Positions 1-11,034 of a stretch of DNA of 64,000 nt are shown piece by piece. Below the pieces are notes generated by a model that worked only from the letters and a program-made list of their open reading frames with translations, ran no database searches and was not told where the DNA came from. Location of the stretch: assembly GCA_963822945.1 (NCBI GenBank), contig CAWGJO010000012.1:32001-96000 (forward strand), given 5' to 3'. This DNA comes from an uncultured Gemmatimonadaceae bacterium. GTDB taxonomy: Bacteria > Gemmatimonadota > Gemmatimonadetes > Gemmatimonadales > Gemmatimonadaceae. A program made the translations under genes and the position numbers. The first letter of the stretch is position 1. Each line of letters begins with the position of its first letter.

Positions 1-148
1 GCAGGCCGGGGTCCCCCTGCCCGCGCTCCTCGAGCAGTTCGAGCCACCCGCCCATGCTAGACAACGGGGCGTGCAACTCGTTCGCGACCTCCCGGGCCAT
101 GCCCGCCAACGGGCTGCCCGCGGGGGTCTCGATCGCCGCGCGGCTCAC
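1..148 (-). CDS. 5' part of a HisKA-like (histidine kinase dimerisation domain) protein; runs off window start
   Basis: Manual translation from GTG at 148 (overlaps serS stop): MSRAAIETPAGSPLAGMAREVANELHAPLSSMGGWLELLEERGQGDPGL; resembles an H-box (AHQLGTPLSS-type); not in the ORF track. Confidence 0.55.
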   Translation of the reverse strand, partial: MSRAAIETPAGSPLAGMAREVANELHAPLSSMGGWLELLEERGQGDPGL

Positions 149-1416
149 GCCAGCCGGTCCAATCCCAGATACGGTCGCAGGGCGGCCGGCACCGTCACCG
201 ACCCATCGGCCTGCTGATGGTGCTCGAGCAGGCACGCAATGGTGCGGGGGAAGGCCAATCCCGACCCGTTGAGCGTGTGGACGAAGCGCGGCTTCTCGCC
301 GGGCGCCGGCCGATAGCGGATGTTCGCCCGCCGGGCCTGGAAATCCGTGAAAGTGCTGCACGACGAGACTTCGAGCCACGCTCCGACCCCCGGGGCCCAC
401 GCTTCCAGGTCGTACGTCTTGGCCGACGAGAACCCGGTGTCGCCGGCGGCCAGCAGCTTGCGCCGATACGGGAGTTCCAGCCGTTCGAGCATCGTTTCGG
501 CGTGGCGCGTGAGCAGCTCCAACTGCGCGGCGGAATCGTCCTGCGCGGCGTAGCGCACCAATTCCACCTTGTCGAACTCGTGCGTGCGGAGCACGCCGCG
601 CGTGTCCTTTCCGGCCGACCCGGCCTCACGACGAAAGCAGCGGGAGTAGGCGACGAACGCCATGGGGAGTTGCCCGCCATCGAGGATCTCGTCGCGGTAC
701 AGGTTCGTGACCGGTACTTCGGCCGTCGGGATGAGGAACATGTCGTCCCGCGTCGAATACGCGTCGTCCTCGAACTTGGGCAGTTGGCCTGTGCCCGTCA
801 TGGTCGTGCGCGTCACGAGTTGGGGCGGCCACACCTCGTCGTAGCCGTGTTCCTGCGCGTGGACGTCCATGAACATCGTGAGCAGCGCCCTGACCAGCCG
901 CGATCCGCGCCCGCGGTAGACCACGAATCCGGAACCGCTGATCTTGGCGGCGCGCTCCTGGTCGATCATCCCCAGCGCCGTCATCACGTCCCAGTGCGGC
1001 TTCACGCCGGCGGGATCGCGCGGGGTACCCCACTGCTTCACGACGACGTTGGCGTCCTCGCCGCCGGGCGGCACGTCGGCGAGCGGCACGTTGGGAATCT
1101 CGAGCAGAACCTGCTGGACCGCGGTCTCGATCCCGCCCAGTCTGGCTTCGTCAGCAGCGATCGATTCGCCAAGGGCCCGCCCATGGGCGATCAGGGCCTC
1201 GGCGTCCTCCTTGGCACGCTTGCGCTTGGCGACTTCCTGCGAGGTGGTGTTGCGCTCCGCCTTCTTCTCCTCGACGCTGGTGATGAGTGCGCGCCGCTCG
1301 CGGTCCAGCGCTTCACCCCGTTCGAGGACCGGGAGCAACGTCTCGGCGGCGCCACGGCGTCGAACCGCGTCGCGCAGCACGTCGATCTGCTCGCGCAGCA
1401 TACGAAGGTCGTGCAT
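145..1416 (-). CDS. serS: Seryl-tRNA synthetase
   Basis: N-terminal coiled-coil arm, LIPTAEVP, FRREAG, EVSSCS, HTLNGSGLA motifs. Confidence 0.98.
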   Translation of the reverse strand: MHDLRMLREQIDVLRDAVRRRGAAETLLPVLERGEALDRERRALITSVEEKKAERNTTSQEVAKRKRAKEDAEALIAHGRALGESIAADEARLGGIETAVQQVLLEIPNVPLADVPPGGEDANVVVKQWGTPRDPAGVKPHWDVMTALGMIDQERAAKISGSGFVVYRGRGSRLVRALLTMFMDVHAQEHGYDEVWPPQLVTRTTMTGTGQLPKFEDDAYSTRDDMFLIPTAEVPVTNLYRDEILDGGQLPMAFVAYSRCFRREAGSAGKDTRGVLRTHEFDKVELVRYAAQDDSAAQLELLTRHAETMLERLELPYRRKLLAAGDTGFSSAKTYDLEAWAPGVGAWLEVSSCSTFTDFQARRANIRYRPAPGEKPRFVHTLNGSGLAFPRTIACLLEHHQQADGSVTVPAALRPYLGLDRLA

Positions 1417-1419
1417 GAC

Positions 1420-1992
1420 TCACTTGGTGGGGATGCCCGGGCCCAGCGACACGTACCCGCAATTGGGATCGGAAACGACTTCGGTATACATGGCCCGATG
1501 GGCGAGATCGATGCTGTCGACCACGAACTTGGCAAAGTACGACGATCCCAACGAGTACACCGTGCACGTGGTGGCGTCGAGCACGTTGACCGCCACGACC
1601 TGGCCGACCGGCACGACGAGCGTCGAGTCGAACGTATAGCCGCTCTTCCGCGCCTGGAGGTAGTCGGCGAAGGACCCGGGCACCGATTGCAGGCCGACGC
1701 TGATGGCCGACGAGAGCCCGTTGGCCACACGGCGAGCCGGATAGATGACGATGTTCCCCGCCGAGTCGATGTCGAGCGCGACGTTGAAGTAGAAGTTCGC
1801 GTCCACGGGCGCCGCCGTTGCCGTCAGGAAATCGATGCCGGCCGGCGTGGCCGGCGGGCCTCCGTTCAGCGCGAATACGATCGGCGAGTTCGACATCGTC
1901 GAGAACTGAGCCTTGGGGGGCTTGAGGGCCCCGCAGGCTCCGCATAGTACGACCGCGGCCGTACCGAAAACCATGGAAAGTCGTCGCATCAT
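1420..1992 (-). CDS. Hypothetical lipoprotein
   Basis: Signal peptide with lipobox-like LCGAC; 3 bp from serS start. Confidence 0.7.
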   Translation of the reverse strand: MMRRLSMVFGTAAVVLCGACGALKPPKAQFSTMSNSPIVFALNGGPPATPAGIDFLTATAAPVDANFYFNVALDIDSAGNIVIYPARRVANGLSSAISVGLQSVPGSFADYLQARKSGYTFDSTLVVPVGQVVAVNVLDATTCTVYSLGSSYFAKFVVDSIDLAHRAMYTEVVSDPNCGYVSLGPGIPTK

Positions 1993-2034
1993 CTAGGAGC
2001 CGGCAGACACGGCCAGAGGGAATCGTAAGGGCGA

Positions 2035-2063
2035 AGGATACCGTGCGCGGCAATCGACTTCAA
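2035..2063 (-). promoter_or_regulatory. Putative sigma70-type promoter for lipoprotein-serS
   Basis: TTGAAG-N17-TATCCT on minus strand. Confidence 0.45.
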
Positions 2064-2077
2064 GCGATTGCCGTCGC

Positions 2078-2106
2078 TTGACTTCGGCGAAGTGCATCTC
2101 TAGCTT
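2078..2106 (+). promoter_or_regulatory. Sigma70-type promoter for the roadblock operon
   Basis: TTGACT(2078-2083)-N17-TAGCTT(2101-2106); AAGGAG RBS at 2121-2126. Confidence 0.7.
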
Positions 2107-2131
2107 CGCCAACACTTTCCAAGGAGCGGGA

Positions 2132-2485
2132 ATGGCGAGTTTACGCGATCTCGTCGCCGCCATCCGGCAGCGCGACGGCGTGGAAGCCGCGGTCATCCTT
2201 GGCCGCGACGGACTACTGATCGACAGCCAGGCAGTCGAGGGGCTCGACGCCGAAGACATGGCCGCCCGCATTCCCCCGATCATGGCCGCCGCCGACGATC
2301 TCGGCGTGAACAGCGGGCGCGGCGAACTGGTGACCGCTGTCCTGGAGCACGCGAGTGGCATGGCGCTGATCTCGAGTCTCACCAGCGAGGCGGTGCTGCT
2401 CGTGCTGCTGGCTCCGAGCGCCAACGTCGGACCGCTGCTCTACGAATTGCGGCGGAATCGAGGCCAGATCGCCGCGCTCGTGTGA
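2132..2485 (+). CDS. Roadblock/LC7 (MglB-like) domain protein
   Basis: AAVILGRDGLLI motif, about 117 aa; ATG at 2132 after RBS. Confidence 0.85.
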   Translation: MASLRDLVAAIRQRDGVEAAVILGRDGLLIDSQAVEGLDAEDMAARIPPIMAAADDLGVNSGRGELVTAVLEHASGMALISSLTSEAVLLVLLAPSANVGPLLYELRRNRGQIAALV

Positions 2486-2488
2486 TCC

Positions 2489-2905
2489 GTGCCGTCCGAG
2501 CCCGAAGAGTTCCGTGTGCTCGTCGCCGATGATGAGCCCCACATCGGACGCATCATCAAGATGAAGCTCGAGCAGGGGCCGTTCCGCGTCTCGCTGGCCT
2601 ACGACGGCCGGGAGGCGCTCGAGATCCTCGAGAAGACGCCGCACATCGACCTCGTGCTGCTCGACGTGATGATGCCGGAGACGAGTGGGCTGGACGTCCT
2701 GGCGGCGATGCGCGCCGATCCCCGGTGGCGCGCCCTGCCGTGCATCATCCTCACCGCTGCGGGCGAAGCCGAGTACCAGCGCCGCGCCATGGCCATCGGG
2801 GCCAGCGAATTCCTCACCAAACCATTCAGCCCGAAACGGCTGTACGCACGCGCCGCGGAGCTGGTCGGACTGACGAGCGATAGCGGCGAAGCAGGTCTCG
2901 CATGA
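2489..2905 (+). CDS. Single-domain response regulator (CheY-like receiver)
   Basis: VLVADDE, LLDVMMP, LTA, FLTKPFS motifs. Confidence 0.92.
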   Translation: MPSEPEEFRVLVADDEPHIGRIIKMKLEQGPFRVSLAYDGREALEILEKTPHIDLVLLDVMMPETSGLDVLAAMRADPRWRALPCIILTAAGEAEYQRRAMAIGASEFLTKPFSPKRLYARAAELVGLTSDSGEAGLA

Positions 2906-3936
2906 GTCGATGGATGGTCATCCTGGCCGGGGGCGTGGGGTCCCGGTTCTGGCCCCTGAGCACCCCGGAGCGCCCCAAGCAACTGCTGCCGCTGGTGAGC
3001 ACCCAGCCCCTGCTCCGCGACACGCTCGACCGGGTGCGACCACTGGCCGACCCATCGCACACGCTGATTCTCACCAACGCTTCGCTCGTGCCCGCGATCG
3101 CCGCCCTGGCCCCGGAGATTCCGCCGGAGCACCTGATCGCGGAACCGAAGCCGGCCGGGACGGCCGCGGCGCTCGCGTGGGCCGCCCAGCGGATCGCGGC
3201 CACCGACGGCCCGGACGCGACGATGCTCTCCGTCCACGCCGATTGGGCGGTGGCCGACGCGGATGGGTTTCGACGCGCCCTGGCCCGCGCGGCCGACGCG
3301 GCCGAACGCCACGCGAGTCTCGTCACCGTCGGCGTGGTCCCGTCGCGTCCCGACCCGGGATTCGGGTACATCCAGCCGGCCGCCGAGGTGGAGCCCGGCG
3401 TGCGCCGCGTGGCCCGATTCGTCGAGAAGCCGAGTGCCGAGCGGGCTCGCGAGATGTGCGACGCCGGGTACTTCTGGAATTCCGGGATCTTCGTGTGGCG
3501 GGTGGGCGACTATCTCGGCGAACTCCGGGCGCACACGCCAGAAGTCGCCCCCGCGCTCGCGGCGCACCCAAACGATCTGGCGGCGTTCTTCGCGAGCGTC
3601 GAACCGATCTCGGTGGACGTCGGCGTCATGGAGCGCAGTACGCGCGTGCTCGTGATGCCCGGCGACTTCGGGTGGGACGACATCGGCGTGTGGGGTGCGC
3701 TGCGGCGTGTGCGGGCGCTGGACGCGCAGGGGAATGCGATGTCCGGTGACGCGTACGCGGTCCGGGCGACGGGCAACGTGGTCCATGCCGAGGAGGGCAC
3801 GGTCGTGCTCTACGGCGTCGACGATCTGGTGGTGGTGACGTGCGGGGGGCTGACGGTAGTGACCACCGTGGAGAAATCGCACGCGCTCAAGGAACTGCTG
3901 ATGGAACTGCCGGCCTCGGTGCGGGAACCCCGATGA
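2902..3936 (+). CDS. manC: Mannose-1-phosphate guanylyltransferase
   Basis: LAGGVGSRFWPLS..PKQLL, FVEKP, WNSGIF, FGWDDIG motifs. Confidence 0.9.
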   Translation: MSRWMVILAGGVGSRFWPLSTPERPKQLLPLVSTQPLLRDTLDRVRPLADPSHTLILTNASLVPAIAALAPEIPPEHLIAEPKPAGTAAALAWAAQRIAATDGPDATMLSVHADWAVADADGFRRALARAADAAERHASLVTVGVVPSRPDPGFGYIQPAAEVEPGVRRVARFVEKPSAERAREMCDAGYFWNSGIFVWRVGDYLGELRAHTPEVAPALAAHPNDLAAFFASVEPISVDVGVMERSTRVLVMPGDFGWDDIGVWGALRRVRALDAQGNAMSGDAYAVRATGNVVHAEEGTVVLYGVDDLVVVTCGGLTVVTTVEKSHALKELLMELPASVREPR

Positions 3937-5138
3937 GCGAACTGTTCCTCTACGACGACGCGACCGCGCGGCGGTTCGAGCCGTTCGCCCTCGTGCGCCC
4001 GGTAGCGGAGCTGCGGGCCGGCGCCACGCTGCTTCGCGAACGGTGGGAGACGGCCATGGGGCGTCCCTGCGCCGGTCTCGTGAGCGCGTCGCACCTGCGG
4101 GATTTCTCCGAGCGCGACGCCCCGCGGTCCGTGCACGATACGCTCCCCGCCGGCGCGGTTCTCGCCAATTCGCGGTGCGCGGTGGCGCTGGCGCACGCCC
4201 CCGAGGCGGACGTCTGGCTGTGCGACGGGCGCGTGGCCGCGGTGCGGCTTCGAGCCCCCGTGGCGTCCGATGAACTGGCGGACGGCACGCGCACGCTCGA
4301 GTCCCTGGCACCGCCGGCCGGCCGGACCGCGCAGGTGCACGGCCGCTGGATCGACGAGGTGTGGCACTTCATCCGCGATCTCCCGGCCCAATTGATGGAG
4401 GACATCTCGGCGCTGAGCGACCGAGCCCTGCTCCTTCCTCCCGACGAGGCGCCGCGGGTGGGTGAGCATCCGGTGTTCGTCGAGCGCGGCGCCACGGTGG
4501 AACCGATGGTCATGTTCGACGTCACCGCGGGGCCGGTGCTCATCCGCCAGGGGGCCACCGTGCAGGCGTTCACGCGCCTGGCCGGCCCGTGCGTGGTGGG
4601 CAAAAACTCGGTGGTGAGCGGCGGCCGCGTCGCGGCGAGTTCCATCGGCGAGTCCTGCAAGGTGCACGGCGAGCTGAGCACGTCGATCATCCTCGGTCAC
4701 AGCAACAAGGGCCACGACGGCTTCGTCGGCCACTCGTACCTGGGGCGGTGGGTGAACCTCGGGGCGGCCACCGTGACCAGCAACCTGAAGAACACCTACG
4801 GCGCCGTTTCGCTCTGGACCCCCGAGGGGATCCGCGACACCGGGCTCCAGTTTCTGGGGGCGCTGATCGGCGACCACGCGAAGACGGGAATCGGGGTGCG
4901 GCTGACGACGGGGAGCGTGATCGGGGCCGGCGCCAACGTCTTCGGCGGCGACGTCATGCCAAAGGTCGTTCCCCCGTTCGCCTGGGGAAGCAGCCCGCCG
5001 TACGCGGTCTACGATCTGGGCAAGTTCCTCACCGCGGCCGATCGCATGATGCAGCGGCGCGGCGTGGTGCTTTCGGACCGAACCCGCGCCCAGTTGAGCG
5101 CCTCGCACGTCACGCGCTGGAGCGTGCGCCAGCCGTGA
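3933..5138 (+). CDS. Putative sugar nucleotidyl/acyltransferase, GlmU-like with hexapeptide beta-helix
   Basis: SNKGHDGFVGHSYLGRWVNLGA, IGDHAKTGIG; ATG at 3933 overlaps upstream stop. Confidence 0.85.
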   Translation: MSELFLYDDATARRFEPFALVRPVAELRAGATLLRERWETAMGRPCAGLVSASHLRDFSERDAPRSVHDTLPAGAVLANSRCAVALAHAPEADVWLCDGRVAAVRLRAPVASDELADGTRTLESLAPPAGRTAQVHGRWIDEVWHFIRDLPAQLMEDISALSDRALLLPPDEAPRVGEHPVFVERGATVEPMVMFDVTAGPVLIRQGATVQAFTRLAGPCVVGKNSVVSGGRVAASSIGESCKVHGELSTSIILGHSNKGHDGFVGHSYLGRWVNLGAATVTSNLKNTYGAVSLWTPEGIRDTGLQFLGALIGDHAKTGIGVRLTTGSVIGAGANVFGGDVMPKVVPPFAWGSSPPYAVYDLGKFLTAADRMMQRRGVVLSDRTRAQLSASHVTRWSVRQP

Positions 5139-5944
5139 GAGTGTGGGTACTCGGCAGCGGCAGCGGCGGAAACGCCGTGCTGGTGGAAGCGGCCGACGGC
5201 CGGGTGCTGGTGGACGCGGGGTTCGGCGTGCGGACGCTGGCCGCCCGCCTGGCGGCGATCGGAGTGCCCCCCGAATCGATCGAGGCCTGCGTCATCACGC
5301 ATGAACACACCGATCACGTCAAGGGTGCCGCGGCCGCGGCGCGGCGGTGGGGATGGACGCTCCACGCCAGCCGCGGCACGGTTGCCCACACGCCCGAACT
5401 GGCGGGCGGCCACGTGCACGTTTTCGACGCCGGCGGCTCACTCTCGTTGTCGACGATGGACGTGTCCACCGTTCGTACGCCCCACGACGCGGCGGAGCCG
5501 GTCGGCGTGACGATCACCGCGAGGGCCACGGGCCTTCGCGCGACCGTGTGCACGGACATCGGACATGTGAGCGACGGCGTACGGGCCCTCTGCCGCGACG
5601 TGGACATTCTCGTGCTCGAGTCCAATCACGACGAGGCGATGCTGCGGGCCGGTCCGTATCCGCCGGTGGTCCAGGCCCGCATTGCCGGCGCGCACGGTCA
5701 CCTTGCCAACCGGCACGCCGCGGCGCTCATCCGCGAGACCGTGAGCCGCCACCTTCGCCACGTCGTGCTGGCCCACCTGAGCGAGAAGTGCAACGCGCCT
5801 GAGTTGGCCTGGGGCACCACGGACCGCGAGGTGAAGCGCACCGCGTACCGGGGCGCCGTGACGACTGCCCGCCAACGCGAGATCGTCGGGCCGTTCGACG
5901 CGGCGGGCCGAGAGGAGCCGAGCCAGTACAGCCTGGCCATTTAG
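5135..5944 (+). CDS. MBL-fold metallo-hydrolase (YycJ/WalJ-like)
   Basis: LGSGSGGNA, THEHTDH, LESNHD, LAHLS motifs; GTG start at 5135. Confidence 0.9.
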   Translation: MRVWVLGSGSGGNAVLVEAADGRVLVDAGFGVRTLAARLAAIGVPPESIEACVITHEHTDHVKGAAAAARRWGWTLHASRGTVAHTPELAGGHVHVFDAGGSLSLSTMDVSTVRTPHDAAEPVGVTITARATGLRATVCTDIGHVSDGVRALCRDVDILVLESNHDEAMLRAGPYPPVVQARIAGAHGHLANRHAAALIRETVSRHLRHVVLAHLSEKCNAPELAWGTTDREVKRTAYRGAVTTARQREIVGPFDAAGREEPSQYSLAI

Positions 5945-5966
5945 ACCGGATGCGGAAATGGAAAGA

Positions 5967-5995
5967 GGGGCGGAGCGCCGATGGCGCCCCGCCCC
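5967..5995. terminator. Hairpin terminator between convergent MBL gene and groEL
   Basis: GGGGCGGAGCGCC-GAT-GGCGCCCCGCCCC, pyrimidine/U-rich tail on minus strand; second hairpin at about 6012-6059. Confidence 0.65.
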
Positions 5996-6069
5996 AATTT
6001 CGTGTCCGGTTGGCGGTTCGCAGGTGGCCGTCCCCGCGGACGGCCGCCTGTGCACCGCCGACGGTCGTG

Positions 6070-7706
<1,637 letters not shown>

Positions 7707-7747
7707 CTAGTTCCTCTGCGAACTGAATTGTTGGAGTGGAAAGGGAC

Positions 7748-8056
7748 TCAGCCGACGACGGCCAGCACGTCCGACTCACGCAGGATGAGCACCTGCTCGC
7801 CGTCCACCGTCACTTCGGTGCCGCTGTACTTGCCGTACAGGACCTTGTCGCCAACCTTCACTTCCATCGGCACCCGCTTGTCCTTCTCGTACCGGCCGGG
7901 ACCGACCGCGATGATCTCGCCCTGCTGGGGCTTTTCCTTCGCCGTATCCGGGATGTAGAGGCCGCCGCGCATCTGCTCGGCCTCTTCCATCGGCTTGATG
8001 ACGACGCGGTCCGCCAGCGGCGCGACCTTCACGCCCGAAGCGCTCTTAGTTGCCAT
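7748..8056 (-). CDS. groES: Co-chaperonin GroES
   Basis: [31 protein letters not shown]. Confidence 0.98.
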   Translation of the reverse strand: MATKSASGVKVAPLADRVVIKPMEEAEQMRGGLYIPDTAKEKPQQGEIIAVGPGRYEKDKRVPMEVKVGDKVLYGKYSGTEVTVDGEQVLILRESDVLAVVG

Positions 8057-8111
8057 TGCTACTGCCCCTCCAATGGAGCTGGTGAGGTGTGGATTGGTGA
8101 ATTCTGACGCG

Positions 8112-8138
8112 TTAGCACTCGGCTTCGCTGAGTGCTAA
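8112..8138. promoter_or_regulatory. CIRCE element (HrcA operator)
   Basis: Perfect TTAGCACTC-N9-GAGTGCTAA upstream of groES. Confidence 0.97.
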
Positions 8139-8147
8139 CCCGCCGGT

Positions 8148-8177
8148 AAGCTAGCTCGGCACTCCGACTCCGGGCAA
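8148..8177 (-). promoter_or_regulatory. groESL promoter
   Basis: TTGCCC-N18-TAGCTT directly upstream of the CIRCE. Confidence 0.6.
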
Positions 8178-8356
8178 GGCCCGGACGTTCAACGATCGAG
8201 TTGTATCTCGTTCGCCTTTAGCGACTTACGTGCCAGGCGCATCCGGCCAAAGTGACAAGCGCGATGCGTCGAATTGGCCAGCCGTCCGCACCCTCCGGAC
8301 ATAGCGGCAGGCCACGGTCGCAGACCGCGGCGTTCGACCCCACCCGCGTGAGCCGT

Positions 8357-9133
8357 CTACTTCACCAGGAGCCCGAAGGCGAGGTTCAAGCCGGTGAGCG
8401 TGAGGTAGGGATCGACGATGTCGAAGGACCGGCAGAGGTTGCGGAACGCCTCGGCCACCCCACCGGTGGCGATCACGATCGGGGGCTCCGGGTTCGGCCA
8501 CTCCGCCTTGATGCGACCCACCAGCCCGTCGATGGCGTCGGCTGCCCCGAGCATGACCCCCGACCGGATGTTCGTATCGGTGCGGGTTCCGATGGCCCGC
8601 TCCGGCGCGACGAGCTCGGTGGCCGGCAGCTTGGAGGTTCGCTTGAACAGCGTCTCGGCCGACGTGCGCACCCCGGGCGCGATGATGCCCCCGAAGAAGA
8701 CGCCCTCGCGCGTCACGCAATCGTAAGTCGTCGCGGTACCGAGGTCGATGACGATGGCATCGTGCCGGTGAATCTGGCTGGCAGCGAGCGTGTTGATGAT
8801 CCGGTCGGCCCCCACGGTGAGCGGCTCGTCCACCTCGAGGCGGACGGGAAGCTTCGAGGTCGGGTCGATGACGACCACGCGCGCGTGGGACACCCACCGC
8901 TCGCACGCCTCGGCCAGCGGCTGGGTGATGGGCGGGACGACCGACGCGATGGCCACCCCGGTCACGGCATGATGATCGAACCCGTGCCCGGCGAGCAACG
9001 CCCGGAGCAGCACGCCGATCTCATCGGGGGTCCGCGCCACGTCCGAGGTTACGCGCCAGTGCCCGCGGAGCGTGCCGCCATCGAACAGCCCGACGGTGGT
9101 CTCGGTGTTCCCCACATCGAAGACGAGATTCAC
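8357..9133 (-). CDS. coaX: Type III pantothenate kinase
   Basis: DVGNT, VGADRI, IDLGTATT, IATGG motifs. Confidence 0.95.
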   Translation of the reverse strand: MNLVFDVGNTETTVGLFDGGTLRGHWRVTSDVARTPDEIGVLLRALLAGHGFDHHAVTGVAIASVVPPITQPLAEACERWVSHARVVVIDPTSKLPVRLEVDEPLTVGADRIINTLAASQIHRHDAIVIDLGTATTYDCVTREGVFFGGIIAPGVRTSAETLFKRTSKLPATELVAPERAIGTRTDTNIRSGVMLGAADAIDGLVGRIKAEWPNPEPPIVIATGGVAEAFRNLCRSFDIVDPYLTLTGLNLAFGLLVK

Positions 9134-9882
9134 ACTTCCTCCTCAAGAACGAGCGATCCTGCACGCACCGCCTGCAGCCCAGCCAGCGTTCGCACGAGCA
9201 ACGCCCCCGACGCATCGATGCCGGCCACCGTGCCGGCAACGGGTTCCCGGCACCGGCGCCCCCGGGCGATGTCCCGCGATGCGTATGCCTCGCATTCGCC
9301 GGCCCGCAACTGCCCGCCCTCCCCCGCTGCCGCCCGCAACGCCGGCACCAGACGCGCGAGCACGTCGAGCCGGCGGGTACCGGGACGAAGCGCCGCCGCG
9401 TCCGGCATGGCCGGCGGCGCCTGAACATTGATGCCGAAGCCTATGGCAATCCAGTCCAGCGCGCCTTCGCGCCAGCGCGCCTCGACCAGAATGCCGGCGA
9501 GCTTGCCGCCCTGCACGTAAAGATCGTTGGGCCATTTCAGCCCGATGCGCGCCGGCGCGAACTCGTCCAGCACGGCCGCCGCCTTGAGGCCCAGGCGCAA
9601 CGAGAGCACCTGGACGGCGGTGGAGTCGCGCGGTCGTTCGATGAGCGCCAGCCAGATCCCGCCGCCAGGTTCGGAAATCCAGCGGCGTCCCTGGCGCCCG
9701 CGTCCCGCCGTCTGCTCGTCCGCGAGTACGAGCGTTCCGGGCGGCGCCCCGGCCGCCGCCCGTTCATGCGCCACGTCGAGCGTGGAGCCGACGCGGTCGA
9801 ACAGTACGACATCGGGGACGCCGCACGCCGCGGCCAACTGCTCCGCGTTCACACCGTCGTACGTCGGCCGATGCTCCGTCAC
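9130..9882 (-). CDS. birA: Biotin-[acetyl-CoA-carboxylase] ligase (no HTH)
   Basis: QTAGRGRQGRRW, LKWPND, KLAGILVE; GTG start inferred at 9882. Confidence 0.92.
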   Translation of the reverse strand: MTEHRPTYDGVNAEQLAAACGVPDVVLFDRVGSTLDVAHERAAAGAPPGTLVLADEQTAGRGRQGRRWISEPGGGIWLALIERPRDSTAVQVLSLRLGLKAAAVLDEFAPARIGLKWPNDLYVQGGKLAGILVEARWREGALDWIAIGFGINVQAPPAMPDAAALRPGTRRLDVLARLVPALRAAAGEGGQLRAGECEAYASRDIARGRRCREPVAGTVAGIDASGALLVRTLAGLQAVRAGSLVLEEEV

Positions 9883-9905
9883 GCGCGCGGGCGCTCGGCG
9901 GCCAT

Positions 9906-11030
9906 CTAGGCCAGCGACTCGGTATAGAACCGCTCGTAGTGCGCCACGACGTCGTTCAGCGCATAGCGCCGGCGCGCATCGGCGGCGGCAGCGCGACTCA
10001 TCGTGTTCCACCGATCGCGATCGCCCAGGATCTCGAGCGCCGCGGCGGCCATGCCGTCCACGTCGCCCACCGCGCAGAGCGCACCCGTGACGCCGTTCTC
10101 GACGACTTCCGGCAGCCCGCCCGCATTGGCGCCGATCACCGGCGTGCCCGACGCGAGCGCTTCCAGCGCGCTCAACCCGAACGACTCGCGGTCGGTGGGC
10201 AGGAGATACAGGTCGGCCGACGCGAGCAACGGCGCCACCGATTCGATCTTCCCGAGGAACATCACCTGGTCCTGCACGCCCAGCCGGCGGGCCTCCTGTT
10301 CGGCGAGGATCCGGTCGGGTCCGTCGCCCACCATCACCAGCAGACTCGGGATCTCGGCGGTGACGAGCGCAAACGTCCGCACGATGTCGACCACGCGCTT
10401 CACCGGCCGGAAGTTCGAGATGTGCATGAGCACCGGGCGGCCGTCGCCGAATGCGCCGCGCGACCCGGGATACCGGGCCCGGTCGTAGACCGTGGGGTCC
10501 ACGAAGTTGGGGATCACCTCGATCCGGCAGCCCGTGCACCCGAAGGCGCTCATCGTCTCCTGCTGCAGGAAGCGCGAGACGGCGGTGAGCCCATCCGACT
10601 TCTCGATGGAGAACTTGGTGATCGCGTGGAACGACGGATCCTGCCCGACGATCGTGATGTCGGTGCCGTGGAGCGTGGTGAGCACCTTGATGTCGGGTCG
10701 CTGGTCGCCGAGCATCTCCTTGGCGATCCACGCGCTGGTGGCGTGTGGAATGGCATAGTGGCAGTGCAGCAGATCGAGATGGTGCGCGAGCACCACCTCG
10801 TGCATCCGGACCGCGAGCGCCAGGTCGTACGGGGGATACTCGAACAGCGGGTAGCGGCCGACGTCAACTTCATGGAAGAAGACGCGGGGCAGGAATGCCG
10901 GCAGCCGGAAGGGCTGGCGGTACGTGATGAAATGGATCTCGTGCCCGCGGTGGGCCAGCGCGATCCCGAGTTCGGTCGCCATGGCGCCCGACCCGCCGTA
11001 CGTCGGATAACACGTGATGCCGATCTTCAC
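9906..11030 (-). CDS. bshA: N-acetyl-alpha-D-glucosaminyl L-malate synthase (bacillithiol biosynthesis)
   Basis: KIGITCYPTYGGSG, HYAIPHA, TTLHGTDIT, HISNFRPVKR, ESFGL. Confidence 0.93.
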   Translation of the reverse strand: MKIGITCYPTYGGSGAMATELGIALAHRGHEIHFITYRQPFRLPAFLPRVFFHEVDVGRYPLFEYPPYDLALAVRMHEVVLAHHLDLLHCHYAIPHATSAWIAKEMLGDQRPDIKVLTTLHGTDITIVGQDPSFHAITKFSIEKSDGLTAVSRFLQQETMSAFGCTGCRIEVIPNFVDPTVYDRARYPGSRGAFGDGRPVLMHISNFRPVKRVVDIVRTFALVTAEIPSLLVMVGDGPDRILAEQEARRLGVQDQVMFLGKIESVAPLLASADLYLLPTDRESFGLSALEALASGTPVIGANAGGLPEVVENGVTGALCAVGDVDGMAAAALEILGDRDRWNTMSRAAAADARRRYALNDVVAHYERFYTESLA

Positions 11031-11034
11031 CGCC

